Positions 19,991 to 29,910 of a stretch of 43,385 nt of DNA are shown here, one piece after another. Origin of the DNA: a virus (lineage: Duplodnaviria; Heunggongvirae; Uroviricota; Caudoviricetes); the IMG/VR virus record IMGVR_UViG_2778261121_000005, positions 1 to 43,385 of that record. The stretch is one strand, 5' to 3'. Position numbers and translations under genes: made by a program. Below the pieces are notes generated by a model. It did no database searches. It was given only the letters and a program-made list of their open reading frames with translations, and was not told the DNA's origin. Positions within the stretch are counted from its first letter, which is position 1. Each line of letters begins with the position of its first letter.

Positions 19991-21406
19991 TCAACCTACA
20001 CCACAAGGAATTGAGTAACTGGAATAGTCGGGTTGCGCAGCCGACTCCGGGCAATGCATACACATCATCAGCGCATCAGCCAGGTTAGGAGATGGGATAC
20101 CGAGCTTCTGCTTCATTTCGACCTTAGTCATAAGCTCCAGCTTCCCGTTGTTATTGAATTTGCGCTGAATCTGCGTAAGTTCTGCAAACAGCTTCTCCAG
20201 CATCTTCTCGCCTATCGCTTCTTTGTCGAAACTCAGCATGTCGTCGGGGTCTGCATACTCACCGTGAACAACCGCCCGATATGTCAGATACAGTCTGTCA
20301 GCCAGCGCGTAATAGAATTGCGCTCGCTTATTGCGGAATACATCGCCAATAGTGCGAACGTTGTCACCCTGTACGACTTCATCAGCCCATGCTCCGGCCT
20401 GATACGGCGCATCTTCATCGAATGGCGATTCGCTACCCTTGAACATCGTGGCGGTGATTTTCTTGCCGGAGAACGCTTCCGTTGTCTGTCTGCGTAGCCC
20501 CGCACCGACGCCATCACCATCCCACAGGTAATGGTCAGCGCCGTCTTCAATCGCCAGCGAAGTAGCCCAGTCAGCACCCTCGTTGATGTCCATCAGCAGG
20601 CCTTCGGCAATGCGCTTAACAACCGAACCGTGACGCGATGCATAACCTTTAGCATCTGGCCCTGTATCTGATGGGTCATGCGCAGAGACAACAGCGCCTT
20701 TCGCTTTCCATCCGAGTTTCTTGTGCGCATCGGTTGCGGCTTCAAGCCATTCACGTTTGATGATTGCCATATCACTTGCGCTTACCGGCTCACCCAGCCA
20801 GATGTGACGATACAGTGTCGGATTTCTGCGTTTGCACTCTTCCATCTCCAGACGGAGAACTTCAGGAAAGTGCGGGTTGTCGGTGTAGTTCACCGTCAGC
20901 AGACAAATATCATCGGGAGGATTTACGACGAATCGCTGATAGGTATCGTCGAGGATGTTCTTCGGGTTAAAGCTCACCCATATTTCAGAGAACGGCTTAC
21001 GGATGGTTGGTATCAGGATATCCCATGATTCCTTTGTTACCGCTTCCGCTTCTTCCACCCAGCAGATATCAATGCCTTCGAGCGATTTAATCTTCGTCGG
21101 GTTGTTTTTGATGCCGTAGAACATGAACTCAGCATTCGTTCCGAGATGACGAATCATGGAACGCTGAATTTCAAACTCAGCCGAATACCCTTCACGCTCG
21201 ATAGTGTCTTCAAGCAACCGGATTACCGAATCGCTGATACTGTTTTGCAGTTCACGAGCGCAGAGAATACGCACAGGCTGCCGACGCGCCGCTTCAACAA
21301 GCAGCCTCGCAATTGCCCATGATTTGCCGCTACCTCGACCGCCTTTGGCGACTTTGTAGCGATGCGCCTCAATGAACGGTTCAAAGATAGGATTAATCGA
21401 GGTCAT
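19991..21406 (-). CDS. terminase large subunit
   Basis: 471 aa; Walker A GGRGSGKS near the N-terminus; overlaps the small-subunit gene. Confidence 0.9.
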   Translation of the reverse strand: MTSINPIFEPFIEAHRYKVAKGGRGSGKSWAIARLLVEAARRQPVRILCARELQNSISDSVIRLLEDTIEREGYSAEFEIQRSMIRHLGTNAEFMFYGIKNNPTKIKSLEGIDICWVEEAEAVTKESWDILIPTIRKPFSEIWVSFNPKNILDDTYQRFVVNPPDDICLLTVNYTDNPHFPEVLRLEMEECKRRNPTLYRHIWLGEPVSASDMAIIKREWLEAATDAHKKLGWKAKGAVVSAHDPSDTGPDAKGYASRHGSVVKRIAEGLLMDINEGADWATSLAIEDGADHYLWDGDGVGAGLRRQTTEAFSGKKITATMFKGSESPFDEDAPYQAGAWADEVVQGDNVRTIGDVFRNKRAQFYYALADRLYLTYRAVVHGEYADPDDMLSFDKEAIGEKMLEKLFAELTQIQRKFNNNGKLELMTKVEMKQKLGIPSPNLADALMMCMHCPESAAQPDYSSYSIPCGVG

Positions 21407-21843
21407 TTTCCGAACAGAGTGCTCATCGGTGATGTTTCAATCTGGATTGCGCCTCCGTCTTTGCCTGTTAGCTCGTGATCAACCTTGTCGCGCCATTTAT
21501 CCTTCTGTCTGTTCTTAAGCCAGAAGATGGCAGCTGTTGTATCAGGCGGGTAATACTTCTCAAGCGGAGTTTCGACAATTCTGTTTTCAATAACACGAAT
21601 ATCGATGTCTGGAGCCACGAAGCCCATAGCGCGTTGATAAAGACGGTCACTAACTTCTGCATCAGCAACGGCCTTACCCTTTTTTATGGACTCCGAAAAC
21701 TCAGGATAATCAAGCTTCCACTTGTTAATAGTTGACTCACTGACTTCGAAGAAATCAGCAAGCTCTGCATCGGTGTAGCCCAGCAAGCACAGTTTGCGTG
21801 CCTGTTCGGCGTACGCCTCTTGATACTTTGTTGGGCGCGCCAT
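21403..21843 (-). CDS. terminase small subunit
   Basis: 146 aa; HTH-like GYTDAELADFFEVSESTINKW; translationally coupled to the large subunit. Confidence 0.8.
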   Translation of the reverse strand: MARPTKYQEAYAEQARKLCLLGYTDAELADFFEVSESTINKWKLDYPEFSESIKKGKAVADAEVSDRLYQRAMGFVAPDIDIRVIENRIVETPLEKYYPPDTTAAIFWLKNRQKDKWRDKVDHELTGKDGGAIQIETSPMSTLFGK

Positions 21844-21845
21844 GT

Positions 21846-22088
21846 TTATGCTCCGGTAGTGAACAGGTCTAACGCTTCCTTCGATTTACGCACCGCTTCG
21901 ATTGTGCGGGTCGTGATATCTGAATTAGCGCCGCCTGACTGGAAGTGAATTTTGAATAGCTCAAGCTTCAGTTCGTCAGTGCCGATGAATTGAAATGCTT
22001 CTTCTGCGGCTGCGTTCTGGTTCATGACCAGCTTGTAAATCTCTAACTGGAATTTCTGTTCTTCAGTCATGGGAATAATCTCTGCCAT
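21846..22088 (-). CDS. hypothetical protein (80 aa) upstream of terminase small subunit
   Basis: ORF ending 3 nt before the terS start; no recognisable motif. Confidence 0.45.
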   Translation of the reverse strand: MAEIIPMTEEQKFQLEIYKLVMNQNAAAEEAFQFIGTDELKLELFKIHFQSGGANSDITTRTIEAVRKSKEALDLFTTGA

Positions 22089-22191
22089 TGTTGGCTCCGT
22101 TTATCCGTTAAAAGGGATATCAGTTAAGTTATCCCGTGTAGGGTATAAGCCATTATCAAAGCCACTCTGTAGGGAATGGCTTTTGTAATAA

Positions 22192-22572
22192 CTACTGTTC
22201 GCTTAACTTCTGCTTCAGCAAGTAACCTTCGAGCATCCAGATTTTGTTTACAGCATTCTGCCGGGCAATCTTCCGACCAATTTCTGCATCAAAATTTTCC
22301 GGACTTGCACAGGCACTCTCGCCGGTGACGGTGAAGCCATTCTTCAGCACCAGTACGCAGAAAGTGAGCAACTTCAATGGTGATAAATCACGATCGCCTT
22401 CTTCTGGTTTTTCCCTGCCACAATATTCGTTGCTGGAAATGGCACCATTTCGTCCATCATAAGCAGTAAAGTAATGCTCGCTTTTAATCACGTCTTCGAT
22501 GTGCTGCGGGGTGATTCGCGGAGCGGTTTTGCCTTTCTCAACGATTTCTTTTTCGATTTGCTGGTCGTTCAT
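22192..22572 (-). CDS. hypothetical protein, possibly N4 gp49 / Sf6 gp66 family
   Basis: 126 aa; family assignment from memory of similar proteins between lysis and terminase genes in P22-like phages. Confidence 0.45.
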   Translation of the reverse strand: MNDQQIEKEIVEKGKTAPRITPQHIEDVIKSEHYFTAYDGRNGAISSNEYCGREKPEEGDRDLSPLKLLTFCVLVLKNGFTVTGESACASPENFDAEIGRKIARQNAVNKIWMLEGYLLKQKLSEQ

Positions 22573-22805
22573 AATTATGACCCTGTAGAGTGGTTGCTTG
22601 ATTAGGATGTCTTTCCATCAGTCCGCCACCACAAAGAATCTTTTTTGCCATAAGGCTGGAGGTTCATCTTTCAGTGGCTGCCGGTGTTATTTCCCCACTT
22701 ACTGGCTTGGGTTGCTTCGTGGTACTGCCGTAACTGGTTGCCAAGAATAAATTCCGGTTTCATTATCAAGCCCACCCGTTGATGGGCTTTGTAATGACTA
22801 CATGG

Positions 22806-23285
22806 TTAAATGATTTGCCAGTCTTCAGCCATCAGGTCGCCAATGGATGGAACCCATGTAGCAAGGCGGTTCTGTGAGTTTTTCAATACAAGCGTGTCAT
22901 TGAAAGTTGGCTCGCCAACATATTCGCCAAAGCCATAACCCAACGCAGACGCTAATTTTTCCCCTTTCATGAGATAAACAAACTGGTCTTTCCCATTCCA
23001 TCCTGCCCGCTGCAAACTTTTGCCCTGTTTTAACGCTTCCATGGCAAGGCCGAAACTTAGTCCTGATACCGGACGATAAGCCCTTTCGAATACTTCTTTT
23101 GGACTCCAGCTAACGTAGCCATCAAAGCGATCGGTGTTAGGTTTTCCGCCATCCAGATATTCAACCAGATAGCCTTCGTCCTCGCCGTTTTCTCCGGCAG
23201 GAAGCTGCCAGCCACGAAAATCGTTATATGCCTGTCTCGTCATCGGAAAGGCGTTAATCAGTTTTACGCCAATATGCTGGGTCAT
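22806..23285 (-). CDS. hypothetical protein with DUF2829-like C-terminal half
   Basis: 159 aa; C-terminal segment (AMEALKQGKSLQRAGWNGKDQFVYLM) resembles DUF2829 proteins common in phages. Confidence 0.45.
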   Translation of the reverse strand: MTQHIGVKLINAFPMTRQAYNDFRGWQLPAGENGEDEGYLVEYLDGGKPNTDRFDGYVSWSPKEVFERAYRPVSGLSFGLAMEALKQGKSLQRAGWNGKDQFVYLMKGEKLASALGYGFGEYVGEPTFNDTLVLKNSQNRLATWVPSIGDLMAEDWQII

Positions 23286-23506
23286 AAAATCACCTATGGA
23301 GTTGGGAATAAAAAACCCCGCGAATGCGAGGCTAAATCCTGGTATTTGTAATGACTGGCTCTTATCTCAACGCAGCCCCTTACCGCGCGCCAGATGCTCA
23401 ATATCAAGCATCAGCAATGAGATGTTTAATCTGGATTCACTCCAGAAGTGATCACCACCCTGTCTACAGAGCCAGATGTGAAGGATGATGAGTAAAATTA
23501 TCGCTA

Positions 23507-23944
23507 TCATCGAAGGCATTGCGTCCTGATGTATTCCTGCAGGTAGTTAACCTGCGCGGTTATCCTGTCGATTCCACTTCTGAGACGGTAATAATTGAGT
23601 TCAGCATCTGCTGTAAGTCTTGGGCTTTCTCCATCGCCCATGCTGCTGGCTCCGGTCGTTGACTTTGCACAGGTGGCGGCGACTTGCAGGCGCTTACGCC
23701 CAGCAGAAACATCAGCACGGAGACTTTCGATAGTCGCGTTAGCATCAGCAAGTTCCTTTGTATATCTTGCGTCGAGTTCTGCTACATCACGTTGACGCTT
23801 CTGCATGTCAGCGATTGTGGATGTGGCTTTATCGCGCTGTTCTTTGTAGGCGATGGCGTTATCACGGTAATGATTAACCGCCCATGACAGGCAGACGATG
23901 ATGCAGATAACCAGAGCGGAGATAATCGCGGTTACTCTGCTCAT
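23507..23944 (-). CDS. Rz: i-spanin Rz
   Basis: 145 aa; N-terminal TM segment then coiled coil; immediately after the endolysin; contains the embedded Rz1 ORF. Confidence 0.85.
   Translation of the reverse strand: MSRVTAIISALVICIIVCLSWAVNHYRDNAIAYKEQRDKATSTIADMQKRQRDVAELDARYTKELADANATIESLRADVSAGRKRLQVAATCAKSTTGASSMGDGESPRLTADAELNYYRLRSGIDRITAQVNYLQEYIRTQCLR
23560..23751 (-). CDS. Rz1: o-spanin Rz1 lipoprotein, embedded in the +1 frame of Rz
   Basis: 63 aa; lipobox LLGVSAC followed by proline-rich [14 protein letters not shown]; C-terminus resembles lambda Rz1. Confidence 0.8.
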   Translation of the reverse strand: MLMLTRLSKVSVLMFLLGVSACKSPPPVQSQRPEPAAWAMEKAQDLQQMLNSIITVSEVESTG

Positions 23945-24417
23945 ACCTCAATCTCTCTGACCGTTCCACCTGCTTCTTTGAATTTTGCAATCAGGCTGTC
24001 TGCCTTATGCTCGAACTGACAATAACCAGCACCCGGCAGTGAAGCCCAGATATTGCTGCAACGGTCGATTGCCTGACGGATATCGCCGCGATCAATCATC
24101 GGTAAAGCGCCACGCTCTTTAATCTGTTGCAGTGCCACAGCGTCCTGGCTTTTCGGAGAGAAGTCTTTCAGGCCAAGCTGCTTACGATAGGCATCCCACC
24201 AACGGGAAAGAAGCTGGTAACGTCCGGCTGCTGTTGATTTGAGTTTGGGGTTTAGCGTGACAAGTTTGCGAGGGTGATCGGAGTAATCAGTGAATAGCTC
24301 TCCGCCAACAATGACGTCATAACCATGATTTCTGGTTTTCTGCCGTCCGTTATCAGTTCCCTCTGACCACGCCAGCATATCGAGGAACGCCTTACGTTGA
24401 TTATTGATTTCCACCAT
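23941..24417 (-). CDS. R: endolysin (lambda R lytic transglycosylase)
   Basis: 158 aa, near-identical to lambda R as recalled ([52 protein letters not shown]...). Confidence 0.95.
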   Translation of the reverse strand: MVEINNQRKAFLDMLAWSEGTDNGRQKTRNHGYDVIVGGELFTDYSDHPRKLVTLNPKLKSTAAGRYQLLSRWWDAYRKQLGLKDFSPKSQDAVALQQIKERGALPMIDRGDIRQAIDRCSNIWASLPGAGYCQFEHKADSLIAKFKEAGGTVREIEV

Positions 24418-24724
24418 CTTCTACTCCGGCTTTTTTAGCAGCGAAGCGTTTGATAAGCGAACCAATCGAGTCAGTACCGATGTAGCCGATGAACACGCTC
24501 GTTATATAAGCGAGATTGCTACTTAGTCCGGCGAAGTCGAGAAGGTCACGAATGAACCAGGCGATAATGGCGCACATCGTTGCGTCGATTACTGTTTTTG
24601 TAAACGCACCGCCATTATATCTGCCGCGAAGGTACGCCATTGCAAACGCAAGGATTGCCCCGATGCCTTGTTCCTTTGCCGCGAGAATGGCGGCTAACAG
24701 GTCATGTTTTTCTGGCATCTTCAT
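24401..24724 (-). CDS. S: holin/antiholin (lambda S)
   Basis: 107 aa beginning [35 protein letters not shown] with dual-start Met1-Lys2-Met3, as in lambda S107/S105. Confidence 0.95.
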   Translation of the reverse strand: MKMPEKHDLLAAILAAKEQGIGAILAFAMAYLRGRYNGGAFTKTVIDATMCAIIAWFIRDLLDFAGLSSNLAYITSVFIGYIGTDSIGSLIKRFAAKKAGVEDGGNQ

Positions 24725-25122
24725 GTCTTACCCCCAATAAGGGGATTTGCTCTATTTAATTAGGAATAAGGTCGATTACTGATAGAACAAATCCAGGCTA
24801 CCGTGTTTAGTAATCAGATTTGTTCGTGACCGATATGCACGGGCAAAACGGCAGGAGGTTGTTAGCGCAACCTCATGCCACCCGCTTTCACGAAGGTCAT
24901 GTGTAGAAGGCCGCAGCGTAACTATCACTGATGAATTCAGGATAGCCAGTGGCTACGGCTCAGTTTGGGTTGTGCTGTTACTGGGCGGCGATGACGCCTG
25001 TACGCATTTGGTGATCCGGTTCTGCTTCCGGTATTCGCTTAATTCAGCACAACGGAAAGAGCACTGGCTAACCAGGCTCGCCGACTCTTCACGATTATCG
25101 ACTCAATGCTCTTACCTGTTGT

Positions 25123-25170
25123 GCAAACAAAAAAGCCACCGTTGCAACTTAAGAGTCACTAACGGCAGCT
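25123..25170 (-). terminator. late-leader terminator (tR'-like) directly downstream of candidate pR'
   Basis: On the minus strand an imperfect hairpin (GCCGTTAG...CAACGGTGGC) followed by TTTTTTGTTTG. Confidence 0.55.
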
Positions 25171-25174
25171 TATG

Positions 25175-25212
25175 CGAATAGTGTTGCTCATTTGCTCAAT
25201 GATGTCAACACG
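25175..25212 (-). promoter_or_regulatory. candidate late promoter pR' / Q-utilisation region
   Basis: On the minus strand TTGACA (25209..25204) just after the Q stop; -10 element is not clear-cut (AACACT/CACTAT). Confidence 0.4.
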
Positions 25213-25214
25213 TT

Positions 25215-25703
25215 CTATGCTACATGTTTAATTTTCTCTACACGTTTCCGGTTTTTAAACGCACTATCCAGAACCGGGTAAATCATAAACAACGAAGCAT
25301 TGAGGATTTCGTCAACTTCCCGGCGACAGGTTGCGAGCGATGGTTTTTGAATACGCCCGCCGCCCCGGCATAACATCTTGCGAGGTCTTGCGACACGATG
25401 ATAGTAAGATGCAATGGCATGCTTGGAAGATCCATGAGCGTAGTAGCTGAGGAGGATGCCAAAGGCTTTCTTGTCAATGTACATGACGGAATCGACGACC
25501 TGAGAAATCAACATTCCATCATCATCATTACACATTGGCCTTGTCATAACTCTTCCCGGCTCTACGCTCTCCATGAACTTCGCTATTACGCTGCTCATGC
25601 GCTTTTCCAGACGACCTGAATAAACCCATGCGCCCCACAGTTCAAGCCAGCCATTCAGCCACTCATGCTGTTCTTTGGTGAGGTTTAGTTCTCTTATGCC
25701 CAC
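25215..25703 (-). CDS. Q: late antiterminator Q (non-lambda Q family)
   Basis: 162 aa at the Q position between the nin-region phosphatase and the late promoter; [11 protein letters not shown] resembles a motif I recall from other prophage Q proteins; not similar to lambda Q. Confidence 0.7.
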   Translation of the reverse strand: MGIRELNLTKEQHEWLNGWLELWGAWVYSGRLEKRMSSVIAKFMESVEPGRVMTRPMCNDDDGMLISQVVDSVMYIDKKAFGILLSYYAHGSSKHAIASYYHRVARPRKMLCRGGGRIQKPSLATCRREVDEILNASLFMIYPVLDSAFKNRKRVEKIKHVA

Positions 25704-26365
25704 GCGCCTTCTCCCTGTACCTGAATCAATGTGAGGTTTCCGCAGAACACTGCGCCGGTATCGATATACATTTGGTTGGCAAATTTAAGTGGTTTCACTG
25801 CTGGCGTATGACCAAAGATAAACGTGTCCGCGCCTTTGATTTCTTTTACGATCCCGTCTTGTGAGTTGCTGATTCGTTCGCGGTTCCAGATTACCTGCTG
25901 ATGATCAACTGGCTTTCCAAACTCGTATTCGTCACAAGGATAATCGGCGTGGCAGATGACATATTTTTTATCTTTGCTCACCAGTTCGATGATTAACGGA
26001 AGTTCATCTGCTTTATGGGCAAGAGCTTTAGCCAGAATTTCTTTGTCGTAATCGAGATTAAAGAACCAACTACCGCCATTAAGCAGCCAGTGATTGACGT
26101 TTCCGCGCTCTGATAAGCCATCAATCATCATTTGCTCATGGTTTCCACGTACAGCTCTGAACCAGGGGAATGTGATTAATTCCAGGCATTCAACGTTCTC
26201 TGTACCGCGATCGACCAAATCGCCAACCGAGATAAGCAGGTCTTTTTTGGTGTCGAATCCTATCGTCTCCAGTTTTTTCATCAGGTTCGTGTAGCATCCG
26301 TGCAGATCGCCAACTACCCAAATATTTCGGTATTTGCTGCCATCAATTCTTTCGTAATAGCGCAT
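25694..26365 (-). CDS. Ser/Thr protein phosphatase (lambda PPase / NinI-like)
   Basis: Near-identical to lambda phosphatase as recalled ([29 protein letters not shown]...GNHE); metallophosphatase GDLHG/GDLVDRG/GNHE motifs; start chosen at MRYYE. Confidence 0.9.
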   Translation of the reverse strand: MRYYERIDGSKYRNIWVVGDLHGCYTNLMKKLETIGFDTKKDLLISVGDLVDRGTENVECLELITFPWFRAVRGNHEQMMIDGLSERGNVNHWLLNGGSWFFNLDYDKEILAKALAHKADELPLIIELVSKDKKYVICHADYPCDEYEFGKPVDHQQVIWNRERISNSQDGIVKEIKGADTFIFGHTPAVKPLKFANQMYIDTGAVFCGNLTLIQVQGEGAWA

Positions 26366-26549
26366 CTCTTTCACTCCATCCGCGATGAACCATGAGAACG
26401 TCGTTGACTATGGCGTGCATTTTCCCGTCTTTATCATCAACGTATTTTCTGACCGTACCGCGACTACATTTCAGTCTGCGTGCCACTTCTGTCTGGTTTC
26501 CGTATGCTTCAACGAGCATGTCTGGAATGGTTTTTACTGAGAACGTCAT
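26343..26549 (-). CDS. ninH: NinH
   Basis: 68 aa, matches lambda NinH as recalled; HTH-like. Confidence 0.85.
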   Translation of the reverse strand: MTFSVKTIPDMLVEAYGNQTEVARRLKCSRGTVRKYVDDKDGKMHAIVNDVLMVHRGWSERDALLRKN

Positions 26550-27157
26550 GCGGCCTCACTTCTGCTATTTCGCAGGTCTTTGAGTTTCTGTTGGTACTCT
26601 GCCTTGATCGCCTTGCACTCTTCGACAGTCCAGCGATGGCGGTTATGGTTTGATTCGATTTCGTCTACTGCTTCCTGCCCGATTCGGTTAATCAGTTCGA
26701 CGCGATACGGAACGAGATTTCCGCTTTTATGCTGGTTGCACACCACGCATTGCTTGTGAATATTGCGTTCATCAAATCGGAGTTGAGGTGCCGCAGCAGT
26801 TGTCCGGTAATGTCCAGCATCCCACTGAGCAGACGTGAGCGTTCCGCACGAGATACATGGTAAGTCGCGGTCTCTTTCTCTGATGAAGGCGTTTACGGCT
26901 TGTTGGGCTTGTTTAATCCAGTAACTGCGGGGCTTTAAGGCGAGTTTTCGAATCTTAAGTTTATCTTTCTGTTTCTGCTCCTCTCGTCGTCGTTTCTTCT
27001 CTGCTGCCTTTTCCGCTTTTTCGCGTTCTTTGCTTCGTCGTTCGAGTGCTATCTTGGTTCCACACTCTGGAGAGCACCACCACTGATTGGCGAATGCAGG
27101 GTGAAACCATTCCCGACATTCATCGTTTTTACATCGTCTTCGCGCTGGTTTAGCCAT
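26546..27157 (-). CDS. ninG: NinG (Rap recombination endonuclease)
   Basis: 203 aa; cysteine-rich N-terminus ([12 protein letters not shown]...WCSPEC) and HNH-like core; lambda NinG-like. Confidence 0.85.
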   Translation of the reverse strand: MAKPARRRCKNDECREWFHPAFANQWWCSPECGTKIALERRSKEREKAEKAAEKKRRREEQKQKDKLKIRKLALKPRSYWIKQAQQAVNAFIRERDRDLPCISCGTLTSAQWDAGHYRTTAAAPQLRFDERNIHKQCVVCNQHKSGNLVPYRVELINRIGQEAVDEIESNHNRHRWTVEECKAIKAEYQQKLKDLRNSRSEAA

Positions 27158-27320
27158 CGTCTTCTTCCTCGTGCATCGAGCTATTCGGATCGCTCATCAG
27201 TTCTGCGCAGCAGTGCTCACACACGTGAACTTCCAGCACATGCAGCTTCTGACCGCAGTTAGCGCACGTTAAAGCTCGCTCGACACTTCCTTGTTCGTAA
27301 CTTCGATTTTGGTCAATCAC
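27150..27320 (-). CDS. ninF: NinF
   Basis: 56 aa from GTG ([56 protein letters not shown]), matches lambda NinF; not in the ORF track (no ATG start, under 60 aa). Confidence 0.75.
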   Translation of the reverse strand: MIDQNRSYEQGSVERALTCANCGQKLHVLEVHVCEHCCAELMSDPNSSMHEEEDDG

Positions 27321-27499
27321 CTTGTTTTCCTCGCACGTTCTCTAAGCCACCGGATATCCCACAGGTGAGCTGTGTAATTGAAGGTTTTTACGTCAGATTC
27401 TTTTGGGATTGGCTTGCGTTTATTTCTGGAGCGTTTCGTTGGAAGGTATTTGCAGTTTTCGCAGATGATGTCGGTGATACTTCGTCGCTGTCGTCTCAT
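27317..27499 (-). CDS. ninE: NinE
   Basis: 60 aa [60 protein letters not shown], matches lambda NinE; track ORF extends upstream without support. Confidence 0.8.
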   Translation of the reverse strand: MRRQRRSITDIICENCKYLPTKRSRNKRKPIPKESDVKTFNYTAHLWDIRWLRERARKTR

Positions 27500-28023
27500 G
27501 CCGCCCTCCTGACACCCCGCCCGATCGCCATCAATGCCGCTTTGGATACGGTAGTAAACATCCGTCGAGGACTGATGAACGGTCGCCAAATCAGCAGCAT
27601 GGAGCCTTTGCTGTTTCCCTTCTTCTCCAGCCCTGTCGATGGTTCGATAAAATTAATCCGTCCATCAGTGATGATGCGAACTTCGTCGACACTCTCCAGA
27701 GCCTTGCTGAACCATCCGACTGACATATCCTCTGGCACAAGCATAACTACCGTCTGTCGCTGTTGTATGCACTGCTCAGCGGCTTTTTCCACCCACGGCC
27801 TGATATTGCTGTACGGTGGGTTATTCCAGATTGCACCGTGGCTTATCCACTCAGAATTGAGTGCGTCGTCGGCCTCAGTTAGCCAGTGAGCGCACAGAGC
27901 ATTTTTGTCGCTCGCTGCCGAATCCAGCCAGAATCCAAACTCAATATCCAGTGCATCAAAAAGCCAAAGCGGCGTTTGCCAGCAGTCCTTGTCGTGTGCT
28001 GCCGTATTTGATTTGATAGTCAT
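27496..28023 (-). CDS. phage DNA N6-adenine methyltransferase (Dam-like, orphan)
   Basis: 175 aa from ATG with SD GGGGAGA; catalytic NPPY motif (IWNNPPYS); no adjacent restriction endonuclease gene. Confidence 0.8.
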   Translation of the reverse strand: MTIKSNTAAHDKDCWQTPLWLFDALDIEFGFWLDSAASDKNALCAHWLTEADDALNSEWISHGAIWNNPPYSNIRPWVEKAAEQCIQQRQTVVMLVPEDMSVGWFSKALESVDEVRIITDGRINFIEPSTGLEKKGNSKGSMLLIWRPFISPRRMFTTVSKAALMAIGRGVRRAA

Positions 28024-28460
28024 GCAGCCCGATCTCCCCATCGCGCTTTCCATTCGAGAGCTAGTCGCGCTTCGTCTGACCACTTAACGCCACGCTCTGT
28101 ACCGAATGCCTGTATAAGCTCTAATAGCTCCGCAAATTCGCTTACACGCATCCTGCTGGTTGACTGGCCTATTACCACAAAGCCATTCCCGGCAAGGTTA
28201 GGAACAACGTCCTGCTGCTTTAATGCTGCGGTAAACACACACTTCCAGCTTTCTGCATCCAGCCAGCGACCATGCCATTCAACCTGACGCGAAACGTCAC
28301 CAAGGCAAGCCCAAAGCTTCCGATTTTGGTCTAAGCTGCGGTTGCGCTCCTGAATGGTTACTACGATTGGTTTGGTTGGGTCTGGAAGAATTTGCTGTAC
28401 CGCGTGAATAGCGTTTTGCTGATGTGCTGGAGATCGAATTTCAAAGGTTAGTTTTTTCAT
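28020..28460 (-). CDS. ninB: NinB (Orf-family recombination mediator)
   Basis: 146 aa, same length and nin-region position as lambda NinB. Confidence 0.8.
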   Translation of the reverse strand: MKKLTFEIRSPAHQQNAIHAVQQILPDPTKPIVVTIQERNRSLDQNRKLWACLGDVSRQVEWHGRWLDAESWKCVFTAALKQQDVVPNLAGNGFVVIGQSTSRMRVSEFAELLELIQAFGTERGVKWSDEARLALEWKARWGDRAA

Positions 28461-28477
28461 GACTTCCCTCTACCCCA

Positions 28478-28512
28478 AATAAAAAGGCCTGCGATTACCA
28501 GCAGGCCTGTTA
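28478..28512 (-). terminator. rho-independent terminator between helicase and ninB (tR2-like)
   Basis: Perfect 8-bp stem AGGCCTGC/GCAGGCCT with 8-nt loop, followed on the minus strand by TTTTTATTT. Confidence 0.7.
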
Positions 28513-28533
28513 CAAGCTCAGTGATGTAGATGG

Positions 28534-29910
28534 TCATACGTCAGCCCCTTGTGCATATCGTCTGCCACGTGCAGCAGGTGTATTTGATGTTGTGCAAATC
28601 TGTCTGGCTTCATCCTGGTCACATGCAACAAAGTGTCCGTTGCAGAACCGCTGGTAAACCGTACCAAGCGAGCCAAAACGGTTTTTCGTTACGATGATTT
28701 CAGCAAATGGCGCGGCGCTACTGTTCTCGTCATATACCGCTTCCCGATAGAGCATGATGATTGAGTCTGCGTCCTGTTCAATGCTTCCTGAATCACGCAA
28801 ATCTGCGTTTGTCGGGCGTTTGTTTGGTCGCTTCTCAACATCGCGCGAAAGCTGACTCAGGGAGATAACGGGCGTTTTCAGGTCTTTCGCCATCGCCTTC
28901 AGGCTTCCGGAGATGTGAGCAATTGCGAGGTCGTTGCGGTCTGCTTTCGGCTTCTCAATCAGGCCAAGATAATCCACCATGATGAGTGAGAGGTTTGGAT
29001 TTTCCTGTTTGTGCCGTTCTGCGATTGAGCGTATTTCTTCGACCGATAACCGCGAGGCATCGACTACCCATACATCCAAATCTGCAAGCTGACTCATGCC
29101 GTTAGCAACGCGCGCCCAGCCTTCGTCATCCATCGCTGCAGGATTTCGCAGCACACTAACCGACATCCTCCCGGCGTTGGCAATGCTTCGCTCTGCAATC
29201 TGCAATGCGCTCATTTCCATTGAGAAAATCAATACCCCGCGCCGGACGTCAGAACCAGGAATAACGCGGCTTGCAACGCCTTCGGCAATCTTCAGCGCCA
29301 GTTCGGTTTTCCCCATACCAGGACGAGCAGCGATTATCACCAGGTCTTCCGCGTTCATCCCTCCGGTGATGGCATCAAGTTCTTCGATTCCGGTCTTCAG
29401 GGTATCGGACTCTTCTCCGTTCCTCAGACGCCTGTCAAGCGTGTCAGTGTAGTCAGTAATGATTTCCCCTAACCGTACAGGTTTAACCTCGTCACGGGGC
29501 TTTCTGATGGCTGAAAGACGTTTTACAAGCTCATCCATCGCCTGACTCGATGCGTCGATGGTTCCGCTCTGAATTGGTTCACGCATTTCATCCATGATTT
29601 CCAGCACCAGACGGCGGTGATAGTTATCCGCGACCATTCCGGCATATCCCTTCAGGTTTGCGGCACTCGGGCAGTTTTTGCTGGTCATCAGGATTGACGT
29701 GAAATGCTCCTCTCCGCACGCCTCGGCAACCATCAGCGCATCGATTAGGTTTCTGTTTCTCGCCTGCTTGCGGATAACCTCGAAGGCTTTCCGGTAGAGC
29801 GGAATTGAAAACGCTTCCGGCTCCAGCGTTGCCAGAACGTCGCTGGCGGTTGGTGTTAATCCACCAATCAGCAGGCCACCGATAACGCTCGCTTCGATAT
29901 CCTGTCTCAT
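28534..29910 (-). CDS. replicative DNA helicase (DnaB family; P22 gp12-like)
   Basis: 458 aa; Walker A ARPGMGKT; DnaB-like N-terminal domain; downstream of the replication initiator. Confidence 0.9.
   Translation of the reverse strand: MRQDIEASVIGGLLIGGLTPTASDVLATLEPEAFSIPLYRKAFEVIRKQARNRNLIDALMVAEACGEEHFTSILMTSKNCPSAANLKGYAGMVADNYHRRLVLEIMDEMREPIQSGTIDASSQAMDELVKRLSAIRKPRDEVKPVRLGEIITDYTDTLDRRLRNGEESDTLKTGIEELDAITGGMNAEDLVIIAARPGMGKTELALKIAEGVASRVIPGSDVRRGVLIFSMEMSALQIAERSIANAGRMSVSVLRNPAAMDDEGWARVANGMSQLADLDVWVVDASRLSVEEIRSIAERHKQENPNLSLIMVDYLGLIEKPKADRNDLAIAHISGSLKAMAKDLKTPVISLSQLSRDVEKRPNKRPTNADLRDSGSIEQDADSIIMLYREAVYDENSSAAPFAEIIVTKNRFGSLGTVYQRFCNGHFVACDQDEARQICTTSNTPAARGRRYAQGADV

Noticed and set aside
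23286-23506. Possible bor-like or other small gene downstream of Rz
   Set aside because: The only ORFs are very short (a 47-aa minus-strand frame with no SD); lambda's bor lipoprotein has no visible counterpart (no lipobox ORF), so nothing is called here.
28457-28537. 26-aa hydrophobic ORF ([26 protein letters not shown]) bridging the helicase stop and ninB start
   Set aside because: It coincides exactly with the perfect 8-bp hairpin plus T-run that I interpret as the tR2-like terminator; the reading frame is most likely incidental, though a tiny membrane peptide cannot be excluded.
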